Source: Coleofasciculus chthonoplastes F2-STO-03
Lineage (GTDB): Bacteria; Cyanobacteriota; Cyanobacteriia; Cyanobacteriales; Coleofasciculaceae
DNA length: 59,209 bases
Direction of reading: 5' to 3'
Assembly (NCBI GenBank): GCA_040222015.1
Contig: JAVJWO010000017.1
Span: 1-59,209, forward strand
Each line of letters opens with the position of its first letter. The first letter of the stretch is position 1. Under the pieces are notes generated by a model, which worked only from the letters and a program-made list of their open reading frames with translations, had not been told where the DNA came from and did no database searches. Below are positions 21,866-30,719 of the stretch, piece after piece. The translations under genes were made by a program, and so were the position numbers.

Positions 21866-21923
21866 ATGGTTTAAACCGTAATACAGAAGTTTAATTCATA
21901 TTTGATACGGAGCGCGATCGCGA

Positions 21924-22430
21924 TCAAGTTTTGCCGATCGGTTGGGAAGAACCCTCCTCCTGCCAAGAAATCACCCTGACGTTGTCAAAGGTTTCAATCC
22001 ACACCTTAGCTCCACATCTGGGACTATCGGGACGATAAACAACCCGGCATCCTCCCGGTATTTCTACCTCATGACCATAGACATTCGTCTTGCCCTTTTG
22101 AGTCCCCTGATCATCAGCCCCAATCCCCGACGCGGGGTCGCCCCACTTTTTTACCGTAATCACCGGCTGGCGTTGTTGGTATTTTTGATTCTGGCGAATT
22201 CTTTGTGAATTAACGTGAATGATTGTTTTCGCTGGCTTTCGGGGATTGCGCCAACGCGGAGCCGGACCTCTTTTCCCGCGCTTAATCAACGGTTTGCCAT
22301 TAAACAGAGGCATTAACCACATCCTCCCGGTCTTGTAAGCTCCTTCCACTCTGCCCTGGAGCAGCAGGACTCGCAGTCGAGCCGTGGAGATATTTAAAAT
22401 TTGAGCCGCTTGGGTTGTACTAACAATCAT
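21924..22430 (-). CDS. HTH (excisionase-like) DNA-binding protein fused to a small C-terminal domain
   Basis: STTQAAQILNISTARLRVLL..GRV.GAYK.GRMW HTH; C-terminus TIIHVN...VITVK..N.YGHEVEI...CGAKVWIET. Start placed at ATG 22430. Confidence 0.7.
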   Translation of the reverse strand: MIVSTTQAAQILNISTARLRVLLLQGRVEGAYKTGRMWLMPLFNGKPLIKRGKRGPAPRWRNPRKPAKTIIHVNSQRIRQNQKYQQRQPVITVKKWGDPASGIGADDQGTQKGKTNVYGHEVEIPGGCRVVYRPDSPRCGAKVWIETFDNVRVISWQEEGSSQPIGKT

Positions 22431-22484
22431 AGTAACTATAACGATAGCGTAATAGTTTTGCGTCAAGTAATTGTAAACAGTGTA

Positions 22485-23078
22485 TCAGTCAAGTGTTGCT
22501 GCCTCCAATACTGCCAAGATTTTACCCAAATTGTCCAAGTTATACTCAACGGGAGAAATACTGACGGCTTTGCCATTGATCTGCAAGAATTTCCAGCGAT
22601 CGCCTGTTGTTACTGCACCATACACAATGTCACTCTGGTTGAATATCTGGGCGGCAATCATTGTAGCAAGGCATTGCCCTAACCCGGAAACAATACTCTC
22701 ATTTTTGGCTTCGACAATCGTCAAAATCGGAGCCTTGATGTAATAGAATTCATCCGATGCCGTGACAATAAAATCGCAGCGTCCCTTTAAGCCCAACTCT
22801 TCGTTGACGTTGAAGGTTTTACCCGAAAATACGACAACATTCTTTCTCCGACGCAATTCGTTCAGGATGGGAGTGATAATGAGTTCTGACCTAGCTTTTT
22901 CAGTATTGGTGGCTAATGCCAGCAGTACATTATCTTCCAAGTCCTGAACTAATCGAGGGCTGGGTTCGACGGGTTCTATGTTAGCTGTCCAATTAGTTCG
23001 CTCATCTAGCACTAACTCGAACATTTCCTGTACGATTGGCAGGGTGAACTGTTCGTAAGATGTGGGTTTATCGGTCAT
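22485..23078 (-). CDS. PD-(D/E)XK restriction-endonuclease-fold protein (HsdR N-terminal-like, cyanobacterial expanded family)
   Basis: TEKARSELIITPIL, G.CDF, IVEAK, GLGQC and YGAVTTG.RW.F motifs. Confidence 0.7.
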   Translation of the reverse strand: MTDKPTSYEQFTLPIVQEMFELVLDERTNWTANIEPVEPSPRLVQDLEDNVLLALATNTEKARSELIITPILNELRRRKNVVVFSGKTFNVNEELGLKGRCDFIVTASDEFYYIKAPILTIVEAKNESIVSGLGQCLATMIAAQIFNQSDIVYGAVTTGDRWKFLQINGKAVSISPVEYNLDNLGKILAVLEAATLD

Positions 23079-23185
23079 TAAACATACTCCTTAACGCATC
23101 AATCTACTACTCCAAGCTTTGGCTGTACTCTATCTTATTTCACAGCAAGGGTACGGCAATGCCGTACCCCTACAAGTGCCAACCC

Positions 23186-23206
23186 TCCTGAAACGTCATG
23201 TAGGCA
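23186..23206 (+). repeat. 21-bp direct repeat, right copy
   Basis: Identical to 21845-21865. Confidence 0.9.
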
Positions 23207-23316
23207 TAATGTAGGGGCGGGTTTAGGGATAAACCTTGGATGCGACACCGCTAGCGTTGCTGCAAAACCCGCCCTACCCCTACCTAAAATTGGGGAATAG
23301 ATTTGATGATTCAATC

Positions 23317-23408
23317 AGGCGCACGTTAGTAAAGGGCGCACGTCAGTAAAGGGCGCACGTCAGCAAAGGGCGCACGTCAGTAAAGGGCGCACGTCGGTGC
23401 GCCCCTAC
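23317..23408 (+). repeat. 17-bp tandem repeat (GGGCGCACGTCAGTAAA) ending in a REP hairpin
   Basis: Units start at 23317, 23334, 23351 and 23368; the fifth (23385) folds back as GGGCGCAC..GTGCGCCCCTAC. Confidence 0.92.
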
Positions 23409-23566
23409 GGTTTCTGGATGGAATTCTTATTTACCCGATTAAATATATTATGCTCCGCATTGTTTACCGTTCACTCATCATCGGGAATCAAACAAGACAA
23501 AAGTCTCCCGTTTCAGAGAGACAGATAACCAGAATATATTAATTGAGTCGCTCAATACCCTCTCAG

Positions 23567-24247
23567 TTAATTATTGTCTTTATTCTTGTGCTTTTTAGCA
23601 TTCTTTCTATTGACTAATGCACCAAAGCCTAGAGCCGTTGCAGCACCGAAAATAGTCATAGGTTCAGGAACAGGTTCAGGCGTAACGTCAGCCGTCTTAA
23701 ACGCAACTTCGCCAATTCCTGTCCTAGAAGCACCATGATTACTCAGAATATCCATCTGGATAAATTGGGCGGCGGTGGGATTAAAATTGAATACCTGGGC
23801 AGAGCTGGGTTGAGACTGTGTATTAGCATTAAAAGAACCTAAACTCATGAAACTGCCAGCATTTCCAGTAGAAGAAGCCAATAACTCGAAGTCTGATACG
23901 CCAAAAGGGGGATTTGCTGAAAAATTCCATAACGCCATCCCTTCCAGGTTGAGAACATTGCCAAAATCGAATGTCACCGATCCAGTGGGATCTAAAGAAA
24001 CCCAATCTGTTCCTCGTGCAGAAGTGTGTGTGGGATTTCCTGACAAATAAGTATCAAAGTCGGTCACACCAGTGGTATACCCAACGGACAATCCAGATTG
24101 GTCAATACTATTAACTAAAGGAAAGTTTTCTCCCATATCTGTTGAAGCCGATTGAGGTTGAACAATTGAAGTGGCTTCGGCTTGAGTAATCGCTCCCAGT
24201 GCCATAACTGTAGCGCCAACGGTAACGAGAGATAGTGATTTCAGCAT
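23567..24247 (-). CDS. PEP-CTERM sorting-domain surface protein (discoidin/F5-8-like fold possible)
   Basis: Signal peptide ending AEA; C-terminal VPEP, TM helix and basic tail RKNAKKHK. Confidence 0.88.
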   Translation of the reverse strand: MLKSLSLVTVGATVMALGAITQAEATSIVQPQSASTDMGENFPLVNSIDQSGLSVGYTTGVTDFDTYLSGNPTHTSARGTDWVSLDPTGSVTFDFGNVLNLEGMALWNFSANPPFGVSDFELLASSTGNAGSFMSLGSFNANTQSQPSSAQVFNFNPTAAQFIQMDILSNHGASRTGIGEVAFKTADVTPEPVPEPMTIFGAATALGFGALVNRKNAKKHKNKDNN

Positions 24248-24392
24248 GGTTTAATTAGATGATGTCGTTTGCTTGAGCAGTTAATTTGCTTCAATAAATA
24301 AATCATGACCTACCCCCCCCCCGATGGTGTCAAGATGTATTTTGAAACTTTACAGAAACTTAAAATAATTGAAACTTAAAAATTCATCAGGC

Positions 24393-24512
24393 GTATAAAT
24401 GAATTGTGAAATGGCAATCCTGAGAGAATAAGGGTTTCAGGGTCATTTCTGTTCACAAATCATTTAAACTAACGTGAAATTGTTTAACTCGTTTTATAAA
24501 GTTGTGATGAAG
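24393..24512. promoter_or_regulatory. 120-bp duplicated non-coding dyad element, copy 1
   Basis: Colinear with 27048-27167; arms AAATGAATTGTGAA / TTCACAAATCATTT. Function inferred. Confidence 0.55.
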
Positions 24513-24808
24513 GAACAGGGCTAAAATAATAAATTTTCATCACCATCGCCATCGTGTAGGGGCGGGTTTAGAGATAAATATTGAATCAACACCGCTAACC
24601 TATGTTCAAAACCCGCCCTTAATCCTGGGCATCTCCTCCATAACTTATATTTGATCCAGAGCGCGATCTAAGCCACATTACCCACAAGAGAATACTGGGT
24701 GTGGGGTATGGGGTGTGGGGTATGGGGTGTGGGGTATGGGGGGAGCGAGCAATTTTGGCTCACTAGGTATTAAGGAAATAAATAAAAAAATAAGGATAGA
24801 GAAAAAGG

Positions 24809-26893
24809 TTATCTCTGCTTAATGACCAGCAGCGTAATGTCATCAAATACCTTTTGCTTACCAATAAAGTGGTGTACATCGTCAATAATGGCTTGCTTGA
24901 TCTCCTCGGCAGACTTCGACCAACTCTGACTGATTACCTCACACAGCCGAGCCATACCGTACTGCTTTTCGTGAATGTTGTAGGCTTCTGGAATGCCATC
25001 GGTGTAGAGTACCACACCATCCCCTGGCTGAAGTTCGACAATCGTATGGTTAATAAATTCAGTAATGTTATCGTCGAGACCAATAGGCATCCCTAAATCT
25101 ATCGTGTCAATGCGTTCTACTGTACTATCAGCCCGCACAATCAGGGTTTCTTCATGCTGACCGCTGATGCTAACCCGACCTTCAGAATAGTTGAGAATCG
25201 TCAGGGTCAGGTTTTTGTCAGAATTCATCCGTTCTACATTGTGGTAGATAGTGCGGTTGAGCGTGTCTAAGAATCTCACTGAGTCATATTCCCGGAGTTC
25301 TTGCAGAGTTCGCACGGCTGTTTGAGTCATCAGCATCAATAGACCACTTTCCAAGCCATGTCCGGTCACGTCACCAATGCCGATGGTGACCACACCATTC
25401 GTCTGTAGCACGTCATAGTAATCACCACCAACTTCATCAGCGGCATCCATATAGCCCACAATCTCCAGCCCCTCGACGTTTTCTAATTCTGCAATTGTCG
25501 GCAAGATCATGTCCTGAATCTGACGAGCCACGTCGAGTTCTGCTCCCATCCGCAGGTTCTCAGCTTTCAGTTTTTCATTGAGGGCAGTAATTTGTTCGTT
25601 GGCACTCGCTAACTCCGCTGTGCGTTCTTCAACCTTATCTTCGAGCGTTTCAAAGGATTCTTTGAGCTGTCCTGCCATGCTGTTAAAGGAATGAGCCAGA
25701 GTCTCTAGTTCGGTGATGCGACTGCTCTGATCCACCTGTTGATCTAGATCGCCCTGAGCCATTTCTTCCGACGCTGCTATCACTTTAAGCATCGGGCGTG
25801 TGAGCCAATGAGCAGTCAGAACTCCAAGACCGATCGCGATTCCCAATGCAGCCACTGTCAGCCAGATTGTATTACGAGTATTGGCGTAGATTTGCGCCAT
25901 GAAGTCAGCTTCCGGGATGGTTACCACGATCAGCCAATCGAGTTCGGGGTAACTTACGAGGGGGGTGACTTGCACAAACTGTCGCTGACCCGCAGCGGTA
26001 AAGTTCAACTGGTGCGCGGTGCGGATACCCTTAAGATTGCCAAACTCGTGCTGCAACTGGGCGAAAGTGGCGCCCAGCAGGGAATCGTCGCTATCTGCGG
26101 CGGATACACGCTTGACCTCGCCATTGACAACACGGAAGGGTTTCGGCAAGGTGGAACTAGCAATAACTTGACCGGATCGTTCCAGAATGAAGGTTTGACC
26201 GCGATCGCTAATCTTGATCTCGCGTAAGAAGTCGCCAACTTCAGCCAAGCCGAGGTTATTGGTGAGTACACCCAGCAAGTTGCCGTCCTGGTACAATGGC
26301 TGGCTATAGTTGATTGCCAGCATCGAGTCGGTGAAGTAGGTGTGAACCTCACTCCAAGCAGCGGCGCGACTATTCGCCGCAACGCGGTACCAGGGTCGGA
26401 TACGCGGATCATAGTTGGGAATAACCTCGACGCGCTGGGTGGGATTGCCTGCGGTATCGGTGGCATAGATATGCATATCACCGCCTGTATTCGCATTAGC
26501 GACGACGACACGCAGGGTGTCGTTCTCTTCTAGGCGATCGATAGACAGATAATCGCCCGTGGCGCTCCCGAAAGAAATGTAGTTGGCAGCCGGGAAAAGC
26601 TGGATCTTGCGGTGAAAGTGTTGCAGAACTGAATCCGGCGCAGCGCTGTCCACTTCACCCAGGGTAAATGCTTCGGCATTGAGTTGGTTGACCAGAGCGG
26701 GAGAATTGAGATAGTTGGTGAGTTTTTGTTGAATGCGGTTAGTCACTTCGCTGCGGAGTTGACTGGCGAGATCATCGACAGCGGCTCTGCCAGTTTGGAA
26801 CGAGAAAAAGCCAACAATGCCGACAGCGGCAGCAAGTTGTAGCACAAAGGGAGCAACAAGAACGAAAAGGAGCGGTGTTGAGCGATGTTTCAT
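24809..26893 (-). CDS. membrane sensor phosphatase: TM-dCache-TM-HAMP-SpoIIE/PP2C
   Basis: YDPRIRPWY Cache motif, HAMP (ELETLAHSFNSMA), PP2C motifs VGGDYYD, IGDVTGHG, LYTDG and DDITL. Start placed at ATG 26893. Confidence 0.9.
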   Translation of the reverse strand: MKHRSTPLLFVLVAPFVLQLAAAVGIVGFFSFQTGRAAVDDLASQLRSEVTNRIQQKLTNYLNSPALVNQLNAEAFTLGEVDSAAPDSVLQHFHRKIQLFPAANYISFGSATGDYLSIDRLEENDTLRVVVANANTGGDMHIYATDTAGNPTQRVEVIPNYDPRIRPWYRVAANSRAAAWSEVHTYFTDSMLAINYSQPLYQDGNLLGVLTNNLGLAEVGDFLREIKISDRGQTFILERSGQVIASSTLPKPFRVVNGEVKRVSAADSDDSLLGATFAQLQHEFGNLKGIRTAHQLNFTAAGQRQFVQVTPLVSYPELDWLIVVTIPEADFMAQIYANTRNTIWLTVAALGIAIGLGVLTAHWLTRPMLKVIAASEEMAQGDLDQQVDQSSRITELETLAHSFNSMAGQLKESFETLEDKVEERTAELASANEQITALNEKLKAENLRMGAELDVARQIQDMILPTIAELENVEGLEIVGYMDAADEVGGDYYDVLQTNGVVTIGIGDVTGHGLESGLLMLMTQTAVRTLQELREYDSVRFLDTLNRTIYHNVERMNSDKNLTLTILNYSEGRVSISGQHEETLIVRADSTVERIDTIDLGMPIGLDDNITEFINHTIVELQPGDGVVLYTDGIPEAYNIHEKQYGMARLCEVISQSWSKSAEEIKQAIIDDVHHFIGKQKVFDDITLLVIKQR

Positions 26894-27047
26894 GGTAAAT
26901 AACTGGACTTTGAACACAGGGAAATGGGTTTGCCCAGATAAATCCATAACAGTATCACATTTATGGGGAATTCTTGTATACAATTTGTCTTGAAACTAAA
27001 GTTTTGACAGTGTTGCACTAGGAAATACAGACAGCATTTTATCGGCT

Positions 27048-27167
27048 GTATAAATGAGTTGTGAAATAGCGATGCTGATAGAACAAGGCTTTCAGTATCA
27101 TTTTTGTTCACAAATCATTTGAACTCGCTAAAAAAAAGGCATGAAACTGTATAAAGTTTTGATGAAG
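27048..27167. promoter_or_regulatory. 120-bp duplicated non-coding dyad element, copy 2
   Basis: Colinear with 24393-24512. Confidence 0.55.
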
Positions 27168-27234
27168 CGTCGTTAAAGTACGAACTTTAACGAATTTTAA
27201 CGAACTTTTATCTATTTGTGAATTCTGTTGAATT

Positions 27235-27540
27235 GTGTACCTTGAAGAAAAGCAACGAATAAGGTCAACAGCCGAGTTCGACAACGCACTGTTCCTAACG
27301 TCTGATGGTGATGAAGGATTCCCATCAGTCGGTACGATTATTCTGGATAACAATCTCACACCAATGGGGTGTGGTGCAGGGACTAATGCGTTACCTTCAG
27401 ATTGTGAAACTCTAGACATTGGTGGTGAGTTAGTGGCAACTCAAAAGAGTGTTCCCGAACCCGCTTCTATCTTAGGTTTACTCACAGTTGGTGCTTTGGG
27501 TGCAACTTCAGCTCTCAAGAAAAAGCAAGCCTCAAGCTAG
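27235..27540 (+). pseudogene. C-terminal remnant of a PEP-CTERM protein
   Basis: Intact VPEPASILGLL..TM..KKKQ sorting signal but no signal peptide; only 101 aa. Confidence 0.65.
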
Positions 27541-27700
27541 AAAATGGGTCTTTTTCCTCAAAGCTTGCTAGATTTCGCTTAATTGATCAATAGTATAGCC
27601 CCACGGGTTACTCAATCCCTGACCTGGTGGGGCTTTATGTCACAAACTTTTTAACTTTTCCGTTTGACTTGTGTTTGAAAAACGTGCTTAAAAGTTGGTA

Positions 27701-28630
27701 ATGTTTTCTATATTCATCCTCACCCATAACGAAGAAATCGATATCGCTGCTTGTATCGAGTCAGCCAGCCTATCCGATGATGTGATTGTTGTCGATTCCT
27801 ATAGCAGCGACGCGACAGTAGAAATCGCCCAAGGCTATCCTGTCCGGATTATCCAGCATCCCTTTGAATCCCACGGCAAACAACGCACTTGGATGTTACG
27901 CCATGTCCCCACGAAATACGACTGGGTTTACATCCTGGAAGCAGATGAACGGATGACACCTGCACTATTTGCTGAATGTTTGGCAGCGATTAGGAATTCA
28001 GAACCCGTTGGATATTATGCGGCGGAACGAGTCATGTTTATGAATCACTGGATTCGTCACAGTACCCAATATCCCCGTTATCAGTTGCGCTTGTTCGATA
28101 AACACCAGGTTTGGTTTACGGACTATGGTCATACGGAACGGGAAGTTTGTAACGGAACTACCGGATTTTTAACGGAAACCTATCCCCACTACACCTGTTC
28201 CAAAGGCTTTAGTCGCTGGATAGAAAAGCACAATCGTTACTCGACCGATGAAGCCAAAGAAACCCTTTATCAATTAAACCATCACCCGATCAATTGGTCG
28301 GATTTATTCTGGGGACGCACCGAAGTTCAACGCCGCCGCGCCTTAAAAGATTTATCCTTACGTTTACCCTGTCGTCCCCTGCTGCGCTGGTTCTATATGT
28401 ATTTCTTACTGGGGGGATGTTTAGATGGCAAGGCTGGGTTTACTTGGTGTACATTGCAGGCATTTTATGAGTATCTGATTTTGCTCAAAGTTGGGGAACT
28501 TAAACAACCTCAAAAGTCAGCAGACAGGAGTGTAGAATTGGTAAGGGTTACACCGACACAGGAAGTATGCGATCGCGTCGATGACAAGCAAGTGTCAGGT
28601 CAAAAAATTTCAGCTACACTCAGTAGCTAA
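27701..28630 (+). CDS. glycosyltransferase family 2
   Basis: ILTHNEE, VVDSYSSDAT, ILEADE and KHNRYS motifs. Confidence 0.9.
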   Translation: MFSIFILTHNEEIDIAACIESASLSDDVIVVDSYSSDATVEIAQGYPVRIIQHPFESHGKQRTWMLRHVPTKYDWVYILEADERMTPALFAECLAAIRNSEPVGYYAAERVMFMNHWIRHSTQYPRYQLRLFDKHQVWFTDYGHTEREVCNGTTGFLTETYPHYTCSKGFSRWIEKHNRYSTDEAKETLYQLNHHPINWSDLFWGRTEVQRRRALKDLSLRLPCRPLLRWFYMYFLLGGCLDGKAGFTWCTLQAFYEYLILLKVGELKQPQKSADRSVELVRVTPTQEVCDRVDDKQVSGQKISATLSS

Positions 28631-28708
28631 GGATCAATAGGGCTTGCAAGCCGACCTAATCGCCAAATTTTCCCTTAACAGAGGGTTTAAATCCACAGGG
28701 GTAATAAT

Positions 28709-28950
28709 GTAGGGGCGCAAAGACTTGCGCCCAAAATCGTTTCCAGCTACGCTATTAAGCTGAGGGCGACCCGATCCAATTGAGTGGAATAGTGTTGTCC
28801 ATTGATGCAAGCGGGTCGCCCCTACAGTTCGTTCCTTTATCCTATTTGAATCCCTCGCCATCGCCATCGTGTAGGGGCGGGTTTAGGGTTAAACCTTGAA
28901 TCAACACCGCTAACCTTTGTGCAAAACCCGCCCTTGATCCTGGGCATCTC
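28709..28950. repeat. composite REP linker (three different GTAG hairpins), copy 1
   Basis: Near-identical to 29736-29976 and related to 30720-31024. Confidence 0.9.
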
Positions 28951-29044
28951 ACCCCTCACCCTTATGCCAAACATTATTTATAACCGTCATCGCACAACGC
29001 TAAAATAAACGTAACCGTTAGCGATTAAAATTAAAGCGTGTCAG

Positions 29045-29728
29045 ATGTCAATCAGTCCTACCGTTTCTCCTCCTCCCTTAGAAAATGGCGATCGCCTCAC
29101 CCGCATCGAATTTGAGCGTCGCTATCAGGAAATGCCAGACAACAAAAAAGCTGAATTAATAGAAGGAGTGGTTTACGTGGCTTCACCCGTTCGCGCCAAT
29201 CGTCACGGTAAACCCCATGCTCAAATTATCGGTTGGTTGTTAGTGTACGAGTCAGAAACTCCGGGTGCATATCTGGCGGATAATACCACAGTACGTTTGG
29301 ATGCCGATAACGAACCTCAACCCGATGCTTTACTGCGAATTGAACCAGAAGTAGGAGGGAATTCTCGCATTACTGAGGATGATTATATTGAAGGCGCACC
29401 AGAGTTAATCGTAGAAGTAGCCGCTTCCAGTGCCTCTTATGACTTAAATGATAAACTCAATGCCTATCGTCGCAATGGTGTCCAAGACTATATTGTGTGG
29501 CAAAGTTATGAAAATCGTATTGATTGGTTTCACTTAGAAGCGGGGAGATATATTTCCTTAGAACCCGATGAAGCGGGGATTATTCGCTCTCGTGTTTTTC
29601 CGGGATTATGGCTAGCGGTGAATGCGTTGCGCGAGGGGAATTTAGCTGAAGTTTTGGCAGTGTTGCAGCAGGGAATACAGACAGCAGAACATCAGGCATT
29701 TGTCCAGCGTTTAAATCCCCAGGCGTAA
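29045..29728 (+). CDS. Uma2 family endonuclease (DUF820), copy 1
   Basis: ELIEGVV, H, PQPD, GAPELIVEV and KLNAY..GV.YIV motifs. Confidence 0.92.
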   Translation: MSISPTVSPPPLENGDRLTRIEFERRYQEMPDNKKAELIEGVVYVASPVRANRHGKPHAQIIGWLLVYESETPGAYLADNTTVRLDADNEPQPDALLRIEPEVGGNSRITEDDYIEGAPELIVEVAASSASYDLNDKLNAYRRNGVQDYIVWQSYENRIDWFHLEAGRYISLEPDEAGIIRSRVFPGLWLAVNALREGNLAEVLAVLQQGIQTAEHQAFVQRLNPQA

Positions 29729-29735
29729 TCTTAAT

Positions 29736-29976
29736 GTAGGGGTGTAAGGCTTGCGCCCCGAATTGTTTAAAGCTACGCTATTAAGCTGAGGGCGACCCGA
29801 TCCAATTAAGTGGAATAGTGTTGTCCATTGATGCAAGCGGGTCGCCCCTACAGTTCGTTCCTTTATCCTATTTGAATCCCGCGCCATAGCCATCGTGTAG
29901 GGGCGGGTTTAGGGTTAAACCTTGAATCAACACTGCTAAGCTATGTTCAAAACCCGCCCTTAATCCTTGGCATCTC
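29736..29976. repeat. composite REP linker, copy 2
   Basis: See copy 1. Confidence 0.9.
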
Positions 29977-30028
29977 ACTCAACGCTAAAATGAACATAAC
30001 CGTTAGCGTTACAGTTCAAGAGTGTCAG

Positions 30029-30706
30029 ATGTCAGTCAGTCCTACCGTTTCTCCTCCTCCCTTAGAAAATGGCGATCGCCTCACCCGCATCGAATTTGAG
30101 CGTCGCTATCAGGAAATGCCAGAGAATAAAAAAGCCGAATTAATTGAAGGAGTGGTTTACGTGGCTTCACCCGTTCGCGCCAACCGTCACGGTAAACCCC
30201 ATGCCAAAATAATCACCTGGTTGGGAACATACGGGGTGGCGACACCGGGAGTTGATGTGCAGGATAATACCACAGTCCGTCTGGATGCAGATAATGAACC
30301 TCAACCCGATGCCTTACTGCGAATTGAACCGGAAGTCGGGGGCAATTCTCGGATTACTGAGGATGATTATATTGAAGGCGCACCAGAGTTAATTGTAGAA
30401 GTAGCGGCTTCGAGTGCTTCTTATGATTTAAATGATAAATTGAATGCCTATCGTCGCAATGGTGTGCAAGAATATATTGTCTGGCAAAGTTATGAAAATC
30501 GTATTGATTGGTTTTGCTTAGAAGAAGGACGATATGTTTCCGTAGAACCCGATGAAGCGGGGATTATTCGTTCTCGTCTTTTTTCGGGATTATGGTTAGC
30601 GGTGAATGCGTTGCGCGAGGGGAATTTAGCTGAAGTTTTGGCAGTGTTGCAGCAGGGAATCCAGACAGCCGAACATCAGGCATTTGTCCAGCGTTTAAAT
30701 CCATAA
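30029..30706 (+). CDS. Uma2 family endonuclease (DUF820), copy 2
   Basis: Tandem paralogue offset by 984 bp; start set by alignment with copy 1. Confidence 0.92.
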   Translation: MSVSPTVSPPPLENGDRLTRIEFERRYQEMPENKKAELIEGVVYVASPVRANRHGKPHAKIITWLGTYGVATPGVDVQDNTTVRLDADNEPQPDALLRIEPEVGGNSRITEDDYIEGAPELIVEVAASSASYDLNDKLNAYRRNGVQEYIVWQSYENRIDWFCLEEGRYVSVEPDEAGIIRSRLFSGLWLAVNALREGNLAEVLAVLQQGIQTAEHQAFVQRLNP

Positions 30707-30719
30707 GCGTAGCGATTCT

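Noticed and set aside
22432..22443. GTAACTATAACG matching the 23S rRNA / I-CeuI site region
   Set aside because: Only 12 nt match and the rest of the site is absent; compatible with chance.
23317..23408. Possible mini CRISPR array
   Set aside because: Units are contiguous with no unique spacers, and no cas genes are present.
24698..24743. (GGGGTAT/GGGGTGT)n as part of the sense-strand G-tract rule
   Set aside because: It is a different repeat family and lies antisense to the flanking genes, so it is a counter-example for G-tracts in general.
28634..29893. Twin minus-strand ORFs MAMARDSNRIKERTVGATRLHQW (28634-28867, 29711-29893)
   Set aside because: They are translations of the duplicated REP linker, not independent genes.
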